NCBI GenBank assembly: GCA_951406725.2
Contig: OX597823.1
Span: forward strand, 28,272,001 to 28,336,000
DNA: 64,000 bases
From: Octopus vulgaris
Lineage: Eukaryota
Direction: 5' to 3'
Shown: piece after piece, positions 55,397 through 64,000 of the stretch
Layout of the letters: each line of letters begins with the position of its first letter
Numbering within the stretch: position 1 is the stretch's first letter
The notes under the pieces: model-generated
The model's database searches: none
What the model was told of the DNA's origin: nothing
Seen by the model: the letters and a program-made list of their open reading frames with translations, nothing else
Translations under genes and position numbers: made by a program

Positions 55397-55451
55397 ATAT
55401 ATATATATATATATATATTTGTGTAATGCGTGTTTGCCAAGTTTGTACCAA

Positions 55452-55487
<36 letters not shown>

Positions 55488-55529
55488 TGTATGTATGTAT
55501 GTATGTATGTATGTATGTGTGAGTATATG

Positions 55530-55564
<35 letters not shown>

Positions 55565-55819
55565 ACATATATATATGTATGTGTATATATAATATATATA
55601 AATGTGTGTGTGTGTATATATATATGTAGGTATGTATATATGTATATTCATGTATGCATTATTTGTACACATCTGTTTCCACAACAATACATATATATAT
55701 TTATATTAAAAATATGTCTATATATAGACGTCATATACGCACACCCCTAGACACACACGCACACACATATATATCATATACTTATGGTTAAAATAAATAT
55801 GTACATATATCTATCAATA

Positions 55820-55888
<69 letters not shown>

Positions 55889-56609
55889 AAAGAAGATTAG
55901 AAGAAAAGATTGCCTGAAACGAAATATTGATCTACTGAACAAACGAGAAAGTATACACATAATACAAAGGAATCTCTTCTATAAATTTTATTTTGCATCT
56001 GGATATGTATAAATAACATATTATCACTATAATGTTATTTTTTTATAAAACTTCTTAACTCGTTATTTCGTCTTCACTGATTGTAGTACTTCTGTCTTTC
56101 TCCAATTTTCGTTTCTTTAAGTGGTAAAGTTCAAATATATAGGCCAATCCTATACTTCGCGAAATTGATAAAAAAATGTAATTTTCTATTTACGTATATT
56201 TGTGTTGTGCTGAGTAAACAAAAGGGGGAAAAAGTCGTTTTAAAGTTTATATTTCGTCTCTTAATCAGCTGGTATCTATGTTTAGATGTGTTCGTGCGCT
56301 GATTAAATTTTTTAGGGGTAATAGACTGTAAAAATATTAGTAGGATAAAAAAATTACTATGAATTTTGATTAGATTTCATATAAATGTGTGTTAAGCTAC
56401 GAAAGCGAATATACTAGCAATCAAGAAAGAATCTGCAATGTAGGACACTGCTAAACTAAACATTCTAACGGTAGACGTCGAACAAAAAAACCGGAAATCT
56501 CTTTCAACTATGCCATCCACATGAAAGGTTTTAGCCTATCTAGTACGGTATCTTCTGTATTCACTTACCTGGGTGCTCACACACACACACACACACATAC
56601 ACACACACA

Positions 56610-56643
<34 letters not shown>

Positions 56644-57106
56644 TGCTGAGGTATGTCGCTTTAATATTAAAATATTTAGCTCAGTGGAATTAGAGAAAAT
56701 AATAAAAACAATATGTGCGACAATAAATATGTTTGAGGATGGAATATCGGAAGAGGTTATATTCAAAGCCATTTCTGCAACACCTAATAATATAATTATA
56801 AATTCATGATAATCCGAAAGCTAATCTCTTTTAAATTTGTGAAAATATGGCAAGGATTATCAGATCGGTCTTACGTAAATCTTGTCATTTTCATAACCAC
56901 ATTCGTAAAACGTGTGCTACAAATCTAGGAATCAACTTTTGAGACAGAAATATATCATTTCTTGTAGAATTCAAAAAGGATCATGTGCAAAACGTCTCTA
57001 AAACGGATATAGGGCAGACTCGTTCCACTCTAGGAAAGACTGGAACAATTCTATGGAATTCAGTGATAACCGGCACTAAATAGACTCCGCGCAAACGTTA
57101 TAAGTC

Positions 57107-57688
57107 TGTAGTGATCCTACAACGGCGCGCGCGCCGTCCATTTGTATTTCGCGCGTGTTGGTGCCTTCACCAAGGCACAGAAAGGAAGGGCCCTCTCGCG
57201 CATGCGCGAACCACCGGAAGCACGACCCTGGCCAAGGCAGGGGGATCGTAGTACGTTTGACCACTAGCAGCAGCAAGCGGCGACTTGGGACCCAGCGATT
57301 GAAGGCGGCGGTCACGCATATATTCTCTCCGGTTGATAGCAGCAGTCGGCCGAAATGCCTTTAACCAAATTGTTGCCGACCACATTTCAACTTCCCTATT
57401 CGACGCCATCTTGAATCCGTTTCTGTTTTTGGGCTGGACATTGTAAATATTACAATCTATTAACTTATAGCGGTGCGCGCCCAGAATCAAGGACATCAGA
57501 TAACATACTCATTGTTATTGTTACCAAGAAAGAGAATAAAGTAGTTATATATATTTCACGTCTGCGTCTTGTTGTTTCTGACTAGTAGAGATTCTGGATT
57601 ATTAAAGCAACGGCTAGTGGGTGATTTGCTTTCTTGTACCCCGAAAGTACAAGACAAGATATCTACACTCACATCGAAGCTCGTTACA
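57107..57688 (+). mobile_element. Solo LTR (582 bp), probably Ty3/Gypsy
   Basis: TGTAGTGA...TCGTTACA termini; 4-bp TSD agtc at 57103-57106 and 57689-57692; AATAAA at 57535; GC/CpG-rich relative to flanks. Confidence 0.7.
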
Positions 57689-57934
57689 AGTCCTTATGTT
57701 GCAACGTCAAGACAAATGGCTGAATAGGTTTACGTACAAAAATCATCGATCAGTCTCGACCTCGAAAATTAAGGAGTCCTTATAATACACTCCTAAACAG
57801 TTTTACACAAATGGTTATATTTCAGTAAACACGTCCCAGCACGCACACATGTTCATGTACGCAAGCATGCAAGAATATATACATATTCTTAATTTTTTTT
57901 TTATTTGCCCGTAAGACACACACACACACACACA

Positions 57935-57989
<55 letters not shown>

Positions 57990-58175
57990 TTATATGTCTA
58001 TATATTCCTGCAATTATACTTGCAGAGCTATTTCCTATGTGTTTGTGTATTTGAGATATTTGTTTCTCGTATTTAGTACCTTCATAACATTTGTGCCGTG
58101 AAAGACAGCGTAAATTTAAAGAATTAAATTTTAAGCAGATTAAGTTTGTAAGTACATAATACATACATACATACA

Positions 58176-58275
<100 letters not shown>

Positions 58276-58684
58276 CGTGTGTGTGTCTGCAGAAAGTGTA
58301 AGTATGCTTTTAAGCAGAGACATATGAATTCACTTTATCAAATAATTATTTGTAATAATACTCCCTTTAAAATTTATATTTTCAATTTTGCTATCTCTTT
58401 TCAGACTAAGATTTTATGTTACAGGCAGTTTCGTTTTGGTAGTATAGAATTGATACAGGTTTTTATTCATATTTTTATTATTTGGATTTACAAAATTACT
58501 GTGATTTCGAGTGTGTAATAATATACCACTTAGTAATTGTACAATTAATGTTTTTTATTGCTACAGTTTATTTTGAAAGATTTTATAAAAATGATTCTTG
58601 TTCTGCAGTGTGTATGAGATTTTATTGTACAAGCATTACGTGAGTAATAGACGAATGCATTGAGATGGTAATCACTACTCACGT

Positions 58685-58686
58685 GT

Positions 58687-58722
<36 letters not shown>

Positions 58723-59180
58723 CGACCACACACACAGACATATATATACATATATATATATACATATGTATACATACACATGTATATATATATACATATA
58801 CATATACATGTATGTATGTAAAAATATGTATCTTTTGGTTTGTATTGGTTAGTTTTCTATGTATTTGACTTTGTATGTAAACGTTTACATACATACACAC
58901 ATATATGCATATACGCATACGTACATATGTGTGTGAGTGTGTGTATGTATGTATATATATACATATATACACACACGCACACACACCCCCACAGAGAGAG
59001 ACACATGCACACGCATACACACGCCCTTACACGCGCGTACATCCCCACACGCACTCCCACCCCAGACAGATACATGCACACACACACGCATACATACACG
59101 CACGCACACACACACACACGCATACATACACGCACGCACACACACTCACACACACTCACACACACACATATATCTATAGA
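58685..59180. repeat. Degenerate CA/TA low-complexity tract
   Basis: Directly visible. Confidence 0.9.
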
Positions 59181-59239
59181 TATAATTAATCGAAAAACAC
59201 AGAGGAAAAACCTACATATATATAAATTCATATAATAAT

Positions 59240-59730
59240 GCCTGAACAGATAGCCGAAATCGGAAGCCTCACCTACTTGGGATGGCTTCGCGAAGTAAGA
59301 CTCTATACTCTGAGACGATTTAAGCCTCCACAATTTATATAAATCTCTTGGCTGATAATGCTACATGGAAGACTTTCTAGGTCGAGATAAAATCTACTGC
59401 CCCAGTGGTGTCGTTAGGAAATATTAAACAAAATACAGAGAGATCGACGAAACAGTTGACGAAACTTGTGGATTTATGTCGAGTAGCAATTGTCAGGTCC
59501 TGGATGGATCTCACTATAAGTCAGGTCCTTCCTAAGTATCAAACAGCGCCTTTCTTAGGTGAAAGATGTATGTACCCTCCGCGAGGTTATCATCAGTTTC
59601 GTTAATACTTGAAGAAAATAAACATGGAGGGTTAAGCGCTACCTTTCACTAAATTTAGTGAATGGTTTGTGACACTAACGAACATACCCTTGTCGAATGG
59701 ACTTATTCTGAATATTCGGCTGTAGGCAGT
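59240..59730 (+). mobile_element. L1/Tx1-clade LINE 3' remnant, highly degraded
   Basis: Broken translation [20 protein letters not shown]...DETV...LWIYVE*QLS...YLKKINME...KFSEW resembles the Tx1 ORF2 C-terminal region. Confidence 0.5.
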
Positions 59731-60046
59731 AAAAACCACAGATGCAAGGAGATATTGTCCTCCAGAAGCCAAGCTAATTCGGGGTGTGATAACCCATAAG
59801 GAGCTGGGGTCTTATTGGCACTATTATATATTATATCATAGCATCTATTTTCTGAATTCAATACAAAGTTCTTACTGTTTGTAATTTGTATTTTTAGCGC
59901 CCTCCCATGTACCACCCTTGTGCCAATAATAGAAATAATAATAATAATAATAATGTTATTATTATTGCCTCGTATTCAACACGTCTTTAGAATTTCTGTC
60001 ATTAATTTTATTTTTACTTTCAATTATATGAAATAAAAAAAAAATG

Positions 60047-60250
60047 TATTCATAATTCTATAAAGTTCTGCATTATGTAAAAACAATTTCCTTATTCGCT
60101 TTCCTTATCTTTAAACCGTTCCGTTGTATAGAGATTACTCGCAGACTGTGATCTCTTCTGCTTGAAAAGATTGGCGCAGCAATTTGATAATTTGCCGCAT
60201 TCAGTTTAATTATATATCACGTATACACGACAGCAATATTTCACAACAAC
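60047..60250 (+). repeat. Local direct duplication, copy 1 (copy 2 at 61946-62145)
   Basis: Shared atttccttattcgctttccttatctttaaac...ctgtgatctcttctgcttga.aagattggcgcagcaattt. Confidence 0.9.
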
Positions 60251-60318
60251 CCCAACAATCTGCAAATGAATCATTGAACGATTGTATAACATATATAACA
60301 TGTTATATAACAGCTTGT

Positions 60319-60355
60319 ATCCTCCTCCTCCTCCTCCTCCTTTTTCTTCTTCTTC

Positions 60356-60387
<32 letters not shown>

Positions 60388-60519
60388 CTTCTTCTTCTTC
60401 TTCTCCTCCTCCTCCTCCTTCTTCTTCTTTTTCTTCTTCTTTTTCTTTTTTCTTCTTCCTCTTCTTCTTCTTCCTCTTCTTCTTCTTCCTCTTCTTCCTC
60501 TACTACTACTACTACTACT

Positions 60520-60576
<57 letters not shown>

Positions 60577-60610
60577 CATCATCATCATCATCATCATCAT
60601 TATCATTATT
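60319..60610. repeat. Compound CCT/CTT/CTA/TTA/TCA microsatellite
   Basis: Directly visible. Confidence 0.95.
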
Positions 60611-60990
60611 CAGTAGTCTTCTTTTTATAACGTGCTTTCACTTCACTGCCGAGTGCTGCTCTGTGTGCCTTAGGTAATGTGTTGTAGTTTGTCGTGGTGC
60701 TTTTATTTTTACTGTATTGAAAGTGTTTTAAGTAGGATGTGTGCGGTGCCTAGTAGTGCTATTTTCTGTATGTTATATATATTTGTTAGTCCTAGTGTTT
60801 TTGTTATGTATTTGTCTGAATATTTTTTTGATTGTGCCTAATGCGCCTATTATGATAGGAATTGTTTCTGTTTTTAGACTCCACAGTCGAGTTATCTCTA
60901 ATACCTGATCTTTGTGCTTCGAAAGTTTCCGTATTTCTTTTAAGAAACATTATCATCTGTTGGTATTGATACATCGATTAGAAAGCATAT
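60611..60990 (-). mobile_element. R4/Dong-clade LINE 3' fragment with TAA-type repeats on both sides
   Basis: CFLIDVSIPTDDNV..KE..KLSKHKD..LEITRLWSLKTETIPIIIGALGTIKK...IQKIALLGTAHILLKTLSIQ*. Confidence 0.9.
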
Positions 60991-61034
60991 TATTATTATT
61001 TTGCGCTAGGAGTCGGGAAGACGCTCGGCAAGAA

Positions 61035-61091
<57 letters not shown>

Positions 61092-61135
61092 GTTGTTGTT
61101 GTTGTTGTTGTTGTTATTAGTTGTAGTAGTAGTAG

Positions 61136-61437
61136 TGTGGAGGCGCAATGGCCCAGAGGTTAGGGCAGCAGACTTGCGGTCGGAGGATCGAGGGTTCGAA
61201 TCCCAGACCGGGCGTTGTGTGTGTTTATTGAGCAAAAACACCTAAAAAGCTCCACGAGGCTCCGACAGGGGGTGGTGGCGACCCTGTTGTACTCTTTCGC
61301 CACAACTTTCTCGCATTTTCTCTTCCTATTTCTTGAGTAACGCTGCAATGGACTGGCGTCCCGTCCAGCTGGGGGAAACACATACGACACAGAAACCGGG
61401 AAACCGGGCCCATGAGCCTGGCTAGGCTTGAAAGGGG
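61136..61437 (+). mobile_element. SINE with family C head but a different 3' module (Meta/V-domain-like)
   Basis: Head and body as in 3096, then gctgcaatggactggcgtcccgtccag...acagaaaccggg; followed by (GAA)n. Confidence 0.8.
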
Positions 61438-61457
61438 TGAAGAAGAAGAAGAAGAAG

Positions 61458-61548
<91 letters not shown>

Positions 61549-61549
<1 letters not shown>

Positions 61550-61777
61550 AGGTGGTAAGCTGGCAGAATCGTTAGCACGCCAGGTTTAGCGGTATTTTGT
61601 CTGCCGCTATGTTCTGAGTTCAAATTCCGTCGAGGTCGACTTTGCCTTTCATCCTTTCAGGGTCGATTAAATAAGTACCAGTTACGCACTTGGGTCGATA
61701 TAATCGACTTAATCTGTTTTTCTGTCCTTGTTTGTTCCCTCTGCGTTTATGCCCTTGTGGGTAGTAAAGAAATAGGT
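61549..61777 (+). mobile_element. SINE family B
   Basis: Close to the copy at 7621. Confidence 0.9.
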
Positions 61778-62799
61778 ATTTCGTCACAGGAAGAAAGGCA
61801 GTGCCGATGAGTACTGTCGATTCTTCTGTGACAGATAAAAGAAAAGAAGCTAAATATGCTCGGTCAAGAAACTTGTTCTGAATGATTGCCTCATACAGAG
61901 TGGATTTTGTTTCTACTTTAGCTAATATTTATCAAAGCAAATTTTTATTCACAATTTTATAAATTTTTATATTTTGTGAAAACCATTTCCTTATTCGCTT
62001 TCCTTATCTTTAAACTTCGTTCTTTAGAGATTACTTGCAAACTGTGATCTCTTCTGCTTGAGAAGATTGGCGCAGCAATTTTATAATTTGCTGCATTCCG
62101 TTAAATAAGGTATCACGTATCATGATAGCAATATTTCAAAATAACAGGCTCTGCTGTAGGCATCTAAAAGGCATGTGGTGCGTTAAGCAAAGTGTCATCT
62201 TAATTCTAATACACAGAGTATAGATAAAGCAAAACTGACGAGGTTGCGAATGTGATAATATGATTATTATGAATTCACTGGAAACAAATGAGTTTCAAGC
62301 TTATTATTTAAATTTCATTACAGAGATTTAAGGGAAAGGAATTTTAGGACTTGACTTGATAAAAGTTTAATATAAAACCTTACCAAAGGCAATTTTAAAT
62401 TATTGGTGAACATCCCGCTGACTGTATAGTTAAAGAAATGTAGATAGTTACTTTACTTGTTGTCGACAAAGGACAATGGCTATGCTGGGGAAACAGTGTT
62501 TATGTACGTTTAAATATATAAATACTTGTTTCTTTTTTTTTCTATAGCTCCTCACTTATTTTTTATAGAAAAGACGACCATGTCCATGCAAAAAATATGC
62601 GGTAGCAAGTTTGGTAGAAATTTCAGGGAGAAATATAACATCTAGCAATATCTAACTAAGTTACAGAAAATATCATTTACAGTTCAATGAAACACTAAAA
62701 TTTAACCATCGGTTCAAATATTTCATGTTCTGTCTTTTTCTTTTTTTTTTCATTGGTGCATTAGAGAGCTTTCACATCTGAAATTCTCAATGTAGAATT

Positions 62800-63555
62800 C
62801 ACCAAGGGAAGGTTTGTCAGAAGAAAGTGATTCAACCGCATGGGTTAAAAAGCCAGAAGACGTGTGTCCAGAACCTATTGGAAAGAAACCATAGCAAGAG
62901 TCATCCCAAGGTTGAATCGGAACAGCCAAGAAAAGAGATAGGCGTCAAGAAATCAAAGATTAAGTGGCCGAAGGCAAATGATGCAAACTAGCGATAAGAA
63001 ATTCAACGACGAGGTAGCAAGAAGGATAACTAAATTCAAAGGGGACGGCGAACAAAAGCTCAAGAATTTGACTAATTGGAATTTTGCTAGAGCTGACAGT
63101 GCCATGGGAAGAGAACATCGCTAATGCAGAGCAACGGAGAGAGAAGCGACATAAGAGACTAATGGAAGAGTGCGGAGAACAGGGATGGACTGTCGAGTAT
63201 TACCACCTGGTAGTGGGGTCTAGAGGCTTCATTGAAAGGAAAATGGCGACGTTATTTAAAAAATAAGGTTTGTATTTTCGAGCTCAAAGCAGAAAAACGT
63301 AATAAGGAGGATACAGGAGACAGTCGACAAAGCCAGCTTCTGCATATGGCAGAAACGAGAAGACACAAAATGGGTCGAAAGCCATAACATTCCGACTGAG
63401 AAATAGCATCGCTAGGTGAGGCTGGCTGACACTAAAGCAGCATTGATGATTGGCAGGTGGGCCAAGGTCTCGGTCTCGTTCATAGTGCATCCTCCTCCTG
63501 GTTCGAAGGCTTATAGCACTAAACAGCTAGTCGGATCTGGCTACGAGAACTGAAA
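62800..63555 (+). mobile_element. HERO-like RLE LINE, internally deleted
   Basis: N-terminal KIKWPKANDA...FNDEVARRITKFKGDGEQKLKNL joined at about 63080 to RLE LLELTVPWEENIANAEQRREKRHKRLMEECGEQGW...VVGSRGF...VDKASFCIWQKRED. Confidence 0.8.
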
Positions 63556-64000
63556 TTAACATGACACTATTATAAGGCAAGTTTAGAAAGGGCGCAGGCC
63601 AAAACTACTCGTCCTTCTCCTCCATTGGTCAGTTGAAGCTTAGACAGTGTCACGTGACAGTTAGCTGGCGCTGGCCGCTGGAGCCAACCGGCGAGTATTT
63701 AAAGGGAAATTTGGCAGGATGGTCAGTCACCCGCTGACATTCGTTGATGCTGCATCGAAGAAACCAAAGAACAAAATAAAAAAGGAGGAAGAAGAAATGC
63801 ACTCAACACCGGAGAGGAAAACACCACCGAAACGACGGAGTTAGGCGCTACGTTTAAAACAGTAAAGGAGTAGGAGCTGAAACCGGACGCGGTTCCACCT
63901 GATGGTGCCTTTATTCACTGGATCTTAAAAAGGAGATGTTGAGGTAGCAAACCACGAAACGTGGTTAGAATTCCTCAGATGATATTGAAAGGTCTACGGA

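Noticed and set aside
57167-57496. 109-aa ORF in a GC-rich island
   Set aside because: Lies inside a TSD-flanked solo LTR; no recognisable domain
61136-61212. tRNA gene-like sequence (also at 3096 and 17560)
   Set aside because: Continues into repeated SINE bodies; acceptor stem not intact

Overview
AT-rich eukaryotic genomic DNA. The SINE families, the 5S rRNA sequence and the extreme microsatellite load suggest an octopus (inference from recalled repeat sequences, no database search). I found no host protein-coding gene I can support; most listed ORFs are microsatellite or repeat read-through. The window is a mosaic of: about 30 copies of four tRNA-derived SINE families; degenerate LINEs (three R4/Dong-type copies next to TAA repeats, an internally deleted RTE, an RTE tail, an internally deleted HERO-like element, an L1/Tx1 3' end); DNA-transposon derivatives (mariner fold-backs and MITE, pogo/Tigger-like MITEs, a hAT MITE, a mini-Helitron); a solo LTR; and one full-length 5S rRNA copy followed directly by a SINE. 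The most notable signals are about a dozen hammerhead-ribozyme-like motifs in short elements in or near microsatellites (canonical minimal, permuted and variant-core forms, some in the loops of long inverted repeats) and the possible 5S-tRNA-Deu/Nin composite SINE. There are weak hints of a spliced minus-strand transcript. Boundaries of degraded repeats are approximate.
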